Assembly (NCBI GenBank): GCA_038247415.1
Contig: JBBRUX010000010.1
Coordinates: 33,191 to 97,190 of the forward strand
Length of the DNA: 64,000 bases
Reading direction: 5' to 3'
Source: Chitinivibrionales bacterium
GTDB lineage: Bacteria; Fibrobacterota; Chitinivibrionia; Chitinivibrionales; WJKA01
The position numbers and the translations under genes are program-made. Every line of letters starts with the position of its first letter. Within the stretch, counting starts at the first letter, position 1. Under the pieces are notes generated by a model. The model saw only the letters and a list, made by a program, of their open reading frames with translations, searched no databases and was not told the DNA's origin. Positions 47,190 through 56,787 of this stretch are shown piece by piece.

Positions 47190-48293
47190 TCATTTGTGTT
47201 CGAGGGCAGAGAGCTTTTCAAAGAGGTCTTTCATTTCTTTGCTGAGTTTCTCAGGCGTTTTAACTTGCACTTTTACCAAAAGGTCTCCCATTTGAGATCC
47301 ATTCAGAACTTTGAGTCCTTTGGAGCGCAATCTAAAGATATTCTCAGATTGAGTCCCCGCTGGAATCTTGAGGCTTACTTTACCATCGAGCGTTGGCACC
47401 ATAATAGATGCCCCTAATGCTACTTGCGAAAAGGTTATAGGTATTTCGCAATAAATATCGATGCCATGGCGTTCAAAGAAATCGTGTTTTTCTTCTTCAA
47501 TAAGAACTATGAGGTCGCCCGATGGACCACCATTGACACCTGCATCTCCTTTGCCGGGAACCGAGAGGTAATTGCCCTCGGAAACACCTGCAGGAATGTC
47601 GACACTAACGGTTGACTGTTCTGGCAGGCGTCCGTTGCCACGACATGCAGAGCAAGGGTCATCGACGGTTGTTCCTTGACCATGGCACGATGGACAGAGT
47701 GCTTCCTGTATGACTTGACCAAAGAAAGAATTGGCAACATGTTGTACCCGACCTGCACCGTTACATTTACGACAGGTTGCACGTTTACTGCTTTTTGAGC
47801 CGGTGCCATTGCATGTTCCACATTTTTCTTCGTGTTTGACTTTAAGTGTTTTGGATACACCAGTTGCAATTTCTCCAAGTGTAAGTCTTAAACGAATTTG
47901 CAAATCATTGCCTCGTGTGCCACCAGAACTGCTTCTGCCTCGTCCACGGCGAGAGCCAAACATGTCTCCGAAAATCGAGTCGCCGCCAAAATCATTCATG
48001 AAGGACCGTAGCGCATCGGAAATATCAAATCCACCCGAAAATCCGCCACCAAATCCACCCTGTTGTTGATCAAATGCAGCATGCCCAAACTGATCGTATT
48101 GCTGGCGCTTTTTAGGATCTTTGAGAACTTCGTAGGCTTCGGTTGCTTCCCTAAATTTTTCCTCGGCTTCTTTACTACCCGGATTTTTATCCGGATGATA
48201 TTGCAGAGCCATTTTTCTGTAGGCTTTTTTAATATCATCTTCTGAAGCACCTTTACTTAAACTCAGAATCTCATAAAAATCACGTTTTGCCAT
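47190..48293 (-). CDS. dnaJ: Chaperone DnaJ
   Basis: J domain HPD, G/F region, four CxxCxGxG repeats. Confidence 0.97.
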   Translation of the reverse strand: MAKRDFYEILSLSKGASEDDIKKAYRKMALQYHPDKNPGSKEAEEKFREATEAYEVLKDPKKRQQYDQFGHAAFDQQQGGFGGGFSGGFDISDALRSFMNDFGGDSIFGDMFGSRRGRGRSSSGGTRGNDLQIRLRLTLGEIATGVSKTLKVKHEEKCGTCNGTGSKSSKRATCRKCNGAGRVQHVANSFFGQVIQEALCPSCHGQGTTVDDPCSACRGNGRLPEQSTVSVDIPAGVSEGNYLSVPGKGDAGVNGGPSGDLIVLIEEEKHDFFERHGIDIYCEIPITFSQVALGASIMVPTLDGKVSLKIPAGTQSENIFRLRSKGLKVLNGSQMGDLLVKVQVKTPEKLSKEMKDLFEKLSALEHK

Positions 48294-48317
48294 ACGGCTC
48301 TCGATTCTATATAGACA

Positions 48318-48986
48318 CTATGATTGTGGGGTGTCGGTTGATTTGGTTTCTGCTGATTCATCTGGTTTACCCGATGAGACTATAACACGAGCATGGCGGA
48401 TGACTTTGCCCTTAAGCTTATATCCCCGTTCAAAAATTTCTGCAACCTGATCTTCGGCAAAGCTTGGATGAGGCATTCTCATCATTGCTTCATGAACTTG
48501 CGGGTCGAAAGAGTCACCCGCGATGCCAAATGGTTCTAAACCGTGTTTTTTAAGAGATTCATCAAGTCGGTTAAAAACAAGCTGCATACCATCTGTAAAT
48601 GTCGCCAGGTCTGCTGCTTTATCTTTGGCTTTCATTGCCCGTTCAAAATCTTCGCGAATGTAAATAATGTCAGACATCAATCGTTCGTTTGCGGTGTCGA
48701 CTGTTTGTTGAAATTCTCGTGCAGTGCGTCTTTTGAAATTGTCAAATTCGGCCATAAGTCTGAGATATTTATCTTTTTGTTCTAAAAGAGCCTCCTGCGC
48801 ATCTTTAAGCGGATCCTTGGCAGGTTTTTCCTCTTGTGGTGCAGTTTTTGATTCGGGTTCTTGGGCAAGTTCATCTTTGGATGCTTCGGCAGCTTGTTCG
48901 GAAATAAGCGATGAATCGATTTCGCAATCGAAAACATCATTATTTTTTTGTGTGGTGCTTTTTTGTTCTTCGTGTTTTTTGCTCAT
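48318..48986 (-). CDS. grpE: Nucleotide exchange factor GrpE
   Basis: YLRLMAEFDNFKRR, FDPQVHEA, GYKL..KVIRHARV. Confidence 0.96.
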   Translation of the reverse strand: MSKKHEEQKSTTQKNNDVFDCEIDSSLISEQAAEASKDELAQEPESKTAPQEEKPAKDPLKDAQEALLEQKDKYLRLMAEFDNFKRRTAREFQQTVDTANERLMSDIIYIREDFERAMKAKDKAADLATFTDGMQLVFNRLDESLKKHGLEPFGIAGDSFDPQVHEAMMRMPHPSFAEDQVAEIFERGYKLKGKVIRHARVIVSSGKPDESAETKSTDTPQS

Positions 48987-49013
48987 GCTAACTCCTTTAA
49001 TGCATACTTATTG

Positions 49014-50057
49014 TCAATGGTACATATCTTCGAGCAGTCGGGCTGTGTAATCTACTGTGGATACCAGTAATTCATAGGGCATGCGCTTAGGTCCAACTAT
49101 ACCAAGCGTCCCGCTCAAATTGCCAACTCGATAGGATGTTTTTACAATCGAAAGAGAATGAAAATGGCCATCTTCGTTTTCGCCACCAATAGAAACAATT
49201 ACTTGACTCTTTGAAGGTGGTTCATTTCCGAAAAGGTGAACTAAAAGTTTTTTTTGTGCAAGAATTTCTATAATGGTATTTGCGCGTTCTCGATCAAAAA
49301 AATCGGGCGTGAGAACTATTTGAGATGCTCCATCGGTAATAACCTGTTCTTCGCGCGAATCCGAAATCATACGGGTGATAGAGGGGACAAAGAGCCGAAT
49401 TATGCCAATATCTGCTTCTTCTATGCCTAAAGAAATATCGGAATCGGAGATCGTAACATCCGAAAGCTTTTTGCCTGCGAAACGGTTATTCATGATTGCA
49501 ACTGCATGGTTAAGGCGTTCTTCGCCAATTGATGTTGCAAAATCGGCAACCATGGTTTTTACAAAACCGGAATCTATAGTGAGGTGGAGAACATATTTGT
49601 TTCCCTCTAGCCCCACAATATGCATGTGTCTAAAAAGGCCTTCGCGCAATTTTGGTGCTACAATAACGCCTAATTGATGCGTGGCTTTTGCAAGTGCCCG
49701 AGAGGTAGCTTCTAGAACCATATGTAAATCAGATGGTTCGGAGTTGGTTAGATGTGTTTTTATCTCGTTCTTAACTAAGAGCGATGGCTCAACAAGTTGC
49801 ATGAGGCGGTCTACATAGAACCGATATCCTTTGTCGGTAGGAATGCGGCCTGCCGAAGTATGTGGATGGGTAATGTATCCTTTTTCTTCGAGATCCATCA
49901 TTGCATTGCGTACTGTAGCAGGGGATAGTCCAATGAGTTCGTCTCGCGCAACCATGCGAGATCCAGTTGGCAAGCCGGTCAGGATATAGCTTCTGACTAT
50001 CGATTCGAGAATCTGAAGTTCCCGGCTTGTTAGCTCGGATGTGGAGATTGTATTCAT
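49014..50057 (-). CDS. hrcA: Heat-inducible transcription repressor HrcA
   Basis: SPATVRNAM, PHTSAGRIPTDKGYRFYV, GIVGPKRMPY. Confidence 0.96.
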   Translation of the reverse strand: MNTISTSELTSRELQILESIVRSYILTGLPTGSRMVARDELIGLSPATVRNAMMDLEEKGYITHPHTSAGRIPTDKGYRFYVDRLMQLVEPSLLVKNEIKTHLTNSEPSDLHMVLEATSRALAKATHQLGVIVAPKLREGLFRHMHIVGLEGNKYVLHLTIDSGFVKTMVADFATSIGEERLNHAVAIMNNRFAGKKLSDVTISDSDISLGIEEADIGIIRLFVPSITRMISDSREEQVITDGASQIVLTPDFFDRERANTIIEILAQKKLLVHLFGNEPPSKSQVIVSIGGENEDGHFHSLSIVKTSYRVGNLSGTLGIVGPKRMPYELLVSTVDYTARLLEDMYH

Positions 50058-50066
50058 ACGGTGCTC

Positions 50067-50097
50067 AAGAAAATGGCAGGGCCTAGGTCGCCCTGCC
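50067..50097 (-). terminator. Terminator/attenuator hairpin between groEL and hrcA
   Basis: On minus strand GGCAGGGC-GACCTAG-GCCCTGCC followed by ATTTTCTT. Confidence 0.7.
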
Positions 50098-50105
50098 GCG
50101 CTTAA

Positions 50106-51773
50106 TTACATCATTCCGCCCATACCACCCATGCCGCCCATTCCTCCCATACCCCCCATGCCGCCCATTCCAGGACCACCTGCGGGTGCGCCATCGTCGG
50201 ACTTAGGGATTTCGGAGATTACGCATTCGGTAGTAAGAACCAATCCTGCTATTGACGCTGCATTTTCAAGTGCAGAACGGGTAACTTTTTTAGGATCGGG
50301 AACAGAGATTAAGAGGTCTTCGTAGGTTTGTGTTTGAGCATTAAAGCCAAAGCTGCCTTTGCCTTTTTTAACTTCATTGCAAATAACCGATGGCTCAAGT
50401 CCTGCATTAGCAACGATCATACGCAGTGGCTCTTCGATTGCTCTTCGGATAATTTCAACACCAATTGCCTCGTCGCCCATAAGCTTGAGTGAGTCGAGCA
50501 CTGAACCAGCACGAATAAGGGCAACACCACCACCTGCTACGATACCTTCTTCGACTGCTGCGCGTGTTGCATGTAAAGCATCTTCAACACGTGCTTTCTT
50601 TTCTTTCATTTCGATTTCGGTGGCTGCACCGATATTGATAACTGCAACACCACCAGCAAGCTTGGCAAGGCGTTCTTGAAGTTTTTCTTTGTCATAATCG
50701 GAGGTTGTTTCATCGATTTGTCGACGGATCTGGGCAACACGGCCCTTGATATCGTCTGCTTTGCCAATACCTTCGATAATAGTTGTGTTGTCTTTATCGA
50801 TCACAACGCGTTTGCAGCGACCAAGGAAGTCGACGGTGGTGTTTTCGAGCTTGAAACCAGCATCCTCAGAAATAACGATTCCGCCGGTAAGAACTGCGAT
50901 ATCGTCAAGCATTGCCTTGCGACGATCACCAAAGCCAGGAGCCTTGACTGCTGCAACTTTAAGCGTTCCACGAAGCTTATTGACAACAAGTGTTGCAAGA
51001 GCTTCTGCATCGATATCTTCGGCAATAATGAGAAATGTTTTGCTTATTTGTGCAACTTTCTCAAGAATTGGAAGAAGATCTTTCATGGTGCTGATTTTCT
51101 TATCGTAAATAAGCATCAAGGGCTCTTCGAGCACGGCTTCCATAGTATCGGGATTAGTTACAAAATAAGGAGACACGTAACCGCGATCAAATTGCATGCC
51201 TTCAACAATGTCAAGCGTTGTATCCATTGATTTTGCTTCTTCGATGGTTATAACACCATCTTTGCCAACCTTTTCCATGGCATCAGCAAGAAGTTGACCG
51301 ATTTCCATGTCGTTATTGGCAGAGATTGCACCTACTTGAGCGATTTCCTTTTTGCCAGAAATAGGCTTGGCGGCTTTGGCAAGTTCTGCAACAATCGCTT
51401 TTACCGCAATGTCAATTCCGCGCTTAAGGGCCATAGGATTAGCACCTGCGGTTACGTTTTTGATACCGAGGCGAGCAATAATCTGGGCGAGAACTGTTGC
51501 AGTTGTTGTTCCATCACCTACAACATCGGATGTTTTTGATGCAACTTCTTTTACCATTTGAGCACCCATGTTTTCGAACTTATCTTCGAGTTCGATTTCT
51601 TTTGCAACGGTTACACCATCTTTTGTTACTAGTGGTGAACCGTAGCTTTTGTCAAGAACTACGTTTCGACCGCGTGGTCCAAGCGTAACTTTAACAGCAT
51701 TCGCAAGAATATCGATACCGCGTATAAGCCGTTCACGAGCCGATACATCAAACACAAGTTGTTTTGCAGACAT
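50106..51773 (-). CDS. groL: Chaperonin GroEL
   Basis: [32 protein letters not shown]-repeat tail. Confidence 0.98.
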   Translation of the reverse strand: MSAKQLVFDVSARERLIRGIDILANAVKVTLGPRGRNVVLDKSYGSPLVTKDGVTVAKEIELEDKFENMGAQMVKEVASKTSDVVGDGTTTATVLAQIIARLGIKNVTAGANPMALKRGIDIAVKAIVAELAKAAKPISGKKEIAQVGAISANNDMEIGQLLADAMEKVGKDGVITIEEAKSMDTTLDIVEGMQFDRGYVSPYFVTNPDTMEAVLEEPLMLIYDKKISTMKDLLPILEKVAQISKTFLIIAEDIDAEALATLVVNKLRGTLKVAAVKAPGFGDRRKAMLDDIAVLTGGIVISEDAGFKLENTTVDFLGRCKRVVIDKDNTTIIEGIGKADDIKGRVAQIRRQIDETTSDYDKEKLQERLAKLAGGVAVINIGAATEIEMKEKKARVEDALHATRAAVEEGIVAGGGVALIRAGSVLDSLKLMGDEAIGVEIIRRAIEEPLRMIVANAGLEPSVICNEVKKGKGSFGFNAQTQTYEDLLISVPDPKKVTRSALENAASIAGLVLTTECVISEIPKSDDGAPAGGPGMGGMGGMGGMGGMGGMGGMM

Positions 51774-51828
51774 TGTTTATCTCCTTGATTGAAGTAGTAT
51801 GTTCATTGATAATGTGGTTCGAATAGAA

Positions 51829-52113
51829 TTAAAGAATTGCAAGAACATCTGTTTCGCGCATGATAAGGTAATCTGTTCCGTCAACGCGAATTTCGGTTCC
51901 AGAATACTTTCCATACAGAACTTTGTCGCCAATTTTAAGCGTGAGAGCAATTTTTGCACCTTCGTCAGAAATTTTGCCCGGCCCAACTGCTACAACTTCA
52001 CCCTTTGATGGCTTTTCTTGAGCATTATCTGGAATGATAATCCCACCGGCAGTCTTTTGCTCAGATTCCAAAGATTTAACAATCACGCGGTCGCTCAACG
52101 GTTTTACGTTCAT
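51829..52113 (-). CDS. groS: Co-chaperonin GroES
   Basis: KPLSDRV, GGIIIPD, VGPG, KYSGTE. Confidence 0.98.
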   Translation of the reverse strand: MNVKPLSDRVIVKSLESEQKTAGGIIIPDNAQEKPSKGEVVAVGPGKISDEGAKIALTLKIGDKVLYGKYSGTEIRVDGTDYLIMRETDVLAIL

Positions 52114-52152
52114 AAAGAACTCCTTCTTGGTTTATTGAAATGTACAGGATTA

Positions 52153-52179
52153 TTAGCACTCACTATTAGAGAGTGCTAA
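52153..52179. promoter_or_regulatory. CIRCE element (HrcA operator)
   Basis: Exact TTAGCACTC-N9-GAGTGCTAA, 40 bp upstream of groES; hrcA lies in the same cluster. Confidence 0.97.
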
Positions 52180-52180
52180 T

Positions 52181-52209
52181 AAAATAAAGCAATAATTCTT
52201 AATTTTCAA
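52181..52209 (-). promoter_or_regulatory. Sigma70-type promoter of the groES operon
   Basis: TTGAAA-N17-TATTTT abutting the CIRCE. Confidence 0.7.
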
Positions 52210-52400
52210 GTATAATCAAGAAAGATTGAAAAAATACCGAAAAGCGCTGCCTATAATTACCAATGCACATTTATAATGCTTTATCAATAAAATCAACAAC
52301 TTGCAATCGCTTTAAAAAAGAGATGATTTTTGGGAATTTTTGTTGTAAATTAACTTTAAAAGATATATTTTAAAATGGATTGGCAATTGCAAAACTGCAT

Positions 52401-52500
52401 CGGCACTTCGAGTGCCTCAGTGACCGATCATTCTAAGACATTGATTTTACACAAAAGACCCTTGCCTTGTGGCCCCCGAGCTTATCGATGGGCGAAGGGT
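52401..52500. repeat. Pair of REP-like palindromic units
   Basis: CGGCACTTCGAGTGCCTCAGTGACCG (52401-52426) and, in opposite orientation, GTGGCCCCCGAGCTTATCGATGGGC (52469-52493); resemble GGTCxCTGAGCxTGTCGAAG-type extragenic repeats. Confidence 0.45.
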
Positions 52501-52562
52501 GCTTTTAAAAGCGTTTTTCAATTGGTTCTGGAGTATCCCTTTCACAGAAAAAGGAAAAGAGT

Positions 52563-53738
52563 ATGCGTGCTATTCAAGCATTAGTGGCCGGATTTCTAGT
52601 TGTAGGAGCAGCCGCTGGGGCAGTGGGTCAATGGACAAAGCTTGCCAATGAACGGGGAACATGCACAATTACGAAACTGACATTGGTACGGTATGGGGCA
52701 AATAATAGCTACTATTATACGCTGGCAGATAAAAATATTCCCTGCGCTAGTGGTGTCTTTGGTGGAGATCCGGCAGGAGGCTCAGAAAAGGTATGCGAGG
52801 GAGGCGATACTGCAAACCCACATCCTTATATAGGCTGGACGCGCGGAGTTACGGGAAGCAATGTATTTGCCTTTTATACCCCTCAAAATTATCAAGATTC
52901 AGGTAAAATCCCACTTATCCTTTATATGCACCCAGTAGGGGATAAAGGTAATCAGTATCAAAATACAACGCACAACGATTTGCACGAGCTTGCGTCTGAT
53001 ACGAGCCAGCAAAGAAACCCTTGCTTTATCTATGCGCCACAGTGTCCCGACCACGATTTTTGGTTTAAAACAAATAAAAATTCTGATGGTAGCCCAGATT
53101 TTTACCGATATAATTATGAGGCAACCAATTCTCCTACAACAGCCTGGCTCGATGCTATAAAGGGATTGGATTCGGTTCTGGCCAAATACCCAATAGATTT
53201 AAATCGCATCTATATTATTGGCGGTTCGATGGGCGGCTACGCTACCTGGTATACACTCATGAAATACCCAACACGCTTTGCAGCTGCAATTGCAGTTGCT
53301 GGCGGCGGCGATACCACCCAGGTAGCTCCTTATGCAAAAATGCCCATGCGGGCATTTCATGATGGGGGAGATCCTATTGTAGATCCTTTTGGATCCGAAT
53401 CTATGATTCGTGCAATGAAGCGTGGCGGGGGCAATCCAACTTTAACTACAAATCTAGGTAACTTTACCGATGCTCAATATGAACATTTTGGGGGACACTG
53501 GTATGTTATCCCCTTTGCGGTGAGCCCTGGTCTAAAAACTTGGCTCTTTAGTCAACAAAAAATACCCGTATCAACACTTACGGGTATGTCGAGAAATAGC
53601 AAATATACTGCAGCACTTGGTTGGAAACCGCTGTCACTACAGGTTGGAGTAAATAAATTGACAAAAACTCGTCTTGTATATCAGAAAGAAGGAAAAGCAT
53701 TGTTGGTTGATATTAGGGGGCAAATCGTCAGAGAATAA
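52563..53738 (+). CDS. Secreted alpha/beta-hydrolase (esterase/peptidase) with N-terminal lectin-like module
   Basis: Signal peptide, VRYGAN..C...FGGDPAGGSEKVC module, YAPQCP, nucleophile GGSMGG, FHDGGDPIV, C-terminal VDIRGQ tail. Confidence 0.8.
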   Translation: MRAIQALVAGFLVVGAAAGAVGQWTKLANERGTCTITKLTLVRYGANNSYYYTLADKNIPCASGVFGGDPAGGSEKVCEGGDTANPHPYIGWTRGVTGSNVFAFYTPQNYQDSGKIPLILYMHPVGDKGNQYQNTTHNDLHELASDTSQQRNPCFIYAPQCPDHDFWFKTNKNSDGSPDFYRYNYEATNSPTTAWLDAIKGLDSVLAKYPIDLNRIYIIGGSMGGYATWYTLMKYPTRFAAAIAVAGGGDTTQVAPYAKMPMRAFHDGGDPIVDPFGSESMIRAMKRGGGNPTLTTNLGNFTDAQYEHFGGHWYVIPFAVSPGLKTWLFSQQKIPVSTLTGMSRNSKYTAALGWKPLSLQVGVNKLTKTRLVYQKEGKALLVDIRGQIVRE

Positions 53739-53913
53739 TAATTATTTTGGATTGTGGCATTCGTTCGCTCAAAGGTACACGAATGGTATACAACGCATCC
53801 TGACAATGTGTGCTCAAACTTTTTTCAAGAGTTTGGGCACTTTTAGTAGTATCCTTGCAATTTACTAACTACGAGTACTTGTGATTTCTTTGCATTTTAA
53901 AAGCATACTGTAA

Positions 53914-55280
53914 TTAACGATGCAAAGTTTTCTCCCCTTCTTGGCTCAGCAAAATACCTGTACCCATAGCATTTCGTTTGGAATTTAGCGCTTGTCCGCG
54001 CACTGAAAACAAGGGCTGGTTTTTCGTAACTACTCTCGCTTTGAAAACCCCTGTTGCTATTGACTGATCGTGATGATTGGATTGAGTAGGGTTCGGCCCG
54101 TATATTTTAAAATTCCCCGATAATGCAATAATCCTAGCATGTAGAGCATTCCATCGTAATAGCGCCATTGCCCCGAAGGAATTGAAAGATTCCAGAGTTC
54201 ATCTACAAACTTCCATGCACGGGAATTAGTTGCGGCAAGCGATGCAACCGCGTTCATTGCTACAAGGCCTGCCGAATGATCGCTTGACAAGGAAGCCCCA
54301 CTTAGGCTAAACTGATTTGCATAAGAAGATATTCCTGCAGTCTCAAAAAAAGTCTGAATGCGATCGGAAAAATCTTTTTGCCATGGGTCGATAGCCCACC
54401 AGGCGTAATCAACGGCGATGTTGTGAGCTATTCTCCATGCATCAAATCTGAAGTCCCCGTGATTGCCGGTATTGTTTGGTGCACCTGTAAATTCAGCATA
54501 ATCGGGGCCTAGCCCTGTAGAAGAATTAGTTGTGCGCTTGAAAAAGGCACGGCTCGTATCGGCAACAGCTTTCCACACCAGGTTATCTTTGGTGGCCCAT
54601 TTCGACCAGAGCTCATAAAAGGCAGGGAGATGATACGAAGGGTCTGTAAAGAGAGCGGAAGAATTATTTGGCGAAAAAACCACTTTCTTTTCGGAATTGG
54701 TTATCATATTTTTAATGCCACTTGACAGGCCAATATGGTCCTCATGATGAAACATTTCGTCGAGTAGAGAATCTGAATTTACGTGATGAAAAGGCTCCGG
54801 TTGATGGAACCTGGGGTGGCGGTAAAGGTAGAGGTATTAAACCAGGTTGGACAATTCCTAGAAAATCAATATCGGTATCGTTGGAACCATTATCTGTTTC
54901 AAGCAAAAGCTTAACCTCAGAAGGCGTTATTTGTGCCTTGAGATCTACGGTAAGGGTGCAAAGTTCTGGATTTGTAGATCGGAATGTGCAATTGCCTACT
55001 TTAGAAGATCCAAGATATAACGAAATCCCCGCAGCAGTTGCATTTGTTGATGCTCCCCTGAGTATAATAGAATATCTACCTGGAAAAGTTAATTGATTAA
55101 TGCTTAACCTGGCATAATCGGCATTGCAATAAAATCTGAGTCCTGCAAAAGGTGTTGATTGTAGATTGGTCCAACACAGCCTGCAGAATTCATTGATTCT
55201 GCTTCGATATGAATTGGAGCAGCAGTAAGGGGGACTGCTAATAAAACGGCACAAAGAATCAAAGTTGTTACAAAATGCAT
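53914..55280 (-). pseudogene. Decayed secreted GH8 xylanase/oligoxylanase with CBM36-like module
   Basis: ATG 55280 gives signal peptide + IEAESM; frameshift near 55165; STPFAG..LRGAS..TDNGSND..IDF module; GH8 3' half (FTDPSYHLPAFYELW, RFDAWR, RYYDGMLY); frameshift near 54125; GH8 5' catalytic half missing. Confidence 0.85.
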
Positions 55281-55421
55281 GATACGTTTTCTCCAGTTTC
55301 TAAAAAAGCTCTGTAGCGGTATAGAAAGAAATAAGTTGCAGTGTTACCAAAAAAATAGTGACATTCTAAAATACTGCCGCGCCGCATACTTATTGTAAGT
55401 AGCTCCTGTTCTGATTGCATT

Positions 55422-55694
55422 TTGTTCTTAAAAGGTGGGGTGGAGTTTTCGGGGGCTATTTCTTCTGATGAGCGGATAGAATTGGCGTGGCATATTGCAG
55501 GCATTGGTGCGGGATCTCCTTTTGGTGAAGCAGCGCTGCTCAATGGTGAAAAAAGGAATGCAAGCATCCGGGCTTTGTCATATTGCGATGTGTATCGACT
55601 TGATAAAAGCGATTTTGATGCTCTCAGAAGCAAATACGCCGAGTTTAATGTGAAAGTTGAAGAAGTAGTGGGGAAGAGGGCGAATAAAGAATAA
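55422..55694 (+). pseudogene. C-terminal fragment of a cyclic-nucleotide-binding domain protein
   Basis: GSPFGEAALL..EKRNASIRALSYCDVYRL..DF; N-terminal part of the domain not recognisable. Confidence 0.65.
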
Positions 55695-55914
55695 TGCTTA
55701 CCCAGGTTGATTTTAAAAAAAGATTGTATCTACTCAAATATTGTAATCCTCAAGAGAACTCTTGGCATACTTTTTCTGCTGCCAATAGGGTAGGTTCACC
55801 AAAAAAATGTTGGTGTCCTACACAGTGTCTCCCCAAATTTTCTAACTCGCCCTTAAAGTTGCATAGATCCTATTTCTTTCTTTTCTCATTAAGATATTTT
55901 CGGCAACTTAATAC

Positions 55915-56241
55915 TACCAACAATATCGCCTTGGTGTATCGGGTGCATTAAAAAACGCGATAGATTTCCTTTTCAAAGTGTGGAATAACAAAGCGGCCGG
56001 ATTTGTGGGATATGGTAGTCTTGGTGCTGCACGAGCGATTGAGCAGTTACGCGGGATTATGGCCGAAGTAATGGTGGCAGGTGTTCGTACTCAGGTAGCG
56101 CTTTCTCTTTTTACCGACTTTGAGAATTTTTCGGTTTTTAAGCCATCTCCTCATCACGAAAACACGCTGGAAACTGTTTTGAACCAAGTTGTTGTATGGA
56201 GCGGGGCTTTAAAAAACTATCAGGAAATAGGTTGCTTATAG
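55915..56241 (+). pseudogene. 3' fragment of NADPH-dependent FMN reductase
   Basis: Upstream in frame: SGALKNAIDFLFKVWNNKAAGFVGYGSLGAARAIEQLR; N-terminal GSxR FMN-binding half absent. Confidence 0.8.
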
Positions 56242-56308
56242 GTCTTTTTGAAGTTTCAGATTTTTGTGAGTAATTTATTTTGTTTATAAACGTAATATAT
56301 ATTAAATT

Positions 56309-56704
56309 ATGAACCGTATATTCAAGATAAATTGTATTAGCATCGTCTTGCTTTTTATACTGATAGCAACTCCGTCAGCAGGTTGCCTCTGTGTAGATAC
56401 GGAATGTTGTTTTATATCCTTGAGCGCTGGAGGTTCACCAAACATTCTGGCAATCGGACCTGGGGATTGCGATTGTGCAATTTATCGATGCTCGCAAATT
56501 TCGCAAGATTTAGCACCGCACCAGCATTCCAACGCGGTGAACTCTGTTTTGCGAATTGTAGCCCAACAAGCGCACATTAATTGGTTATACGCCCATTCCT
56601 TTTTTACTCAGCCCATCCATGATTCCCCAGTTCCTCAATTGTCCATTACTCATAAGAGCAGTTCTTTTCTCTACTCTACGAAAACTGTCAGTCTTCTAAT
56701 CTGA
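56309..56704 (+). CDS. Cys/His-rich small exported protein preceding the metal RND operon
   Basis: Hydrophobic N-terminus, CLCVDTECC, CDCAIYRC, several His, ends KTVSLLI. Confidence 0.6.
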   Translation: MNRIFKINCISIVLLFILIATPSAGCLCVDTECCFISLSAGGSPNILAIGPGDCDCAIYRCSQISQDLAPHQHSNAVNSVLRIVAQQAHINWLYAHSFFTQPIHDSPVPQLSITHKSSSFLYSTKTVSLLI

Positions 56705-56787
56705 TTCCTGCTCGTTCTCGAGATATGCTCGCTCATCTTCACGATGAAATGGGAACCTACTTTACTTAACTTTTACAGGATACTACC

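Noticed and set aside
50109..50175. 9-bp tandem-like repeat at the groEL 3' end
   Set aside because: Encodes the ordinary Gly-Gly-Met tail of GroEL
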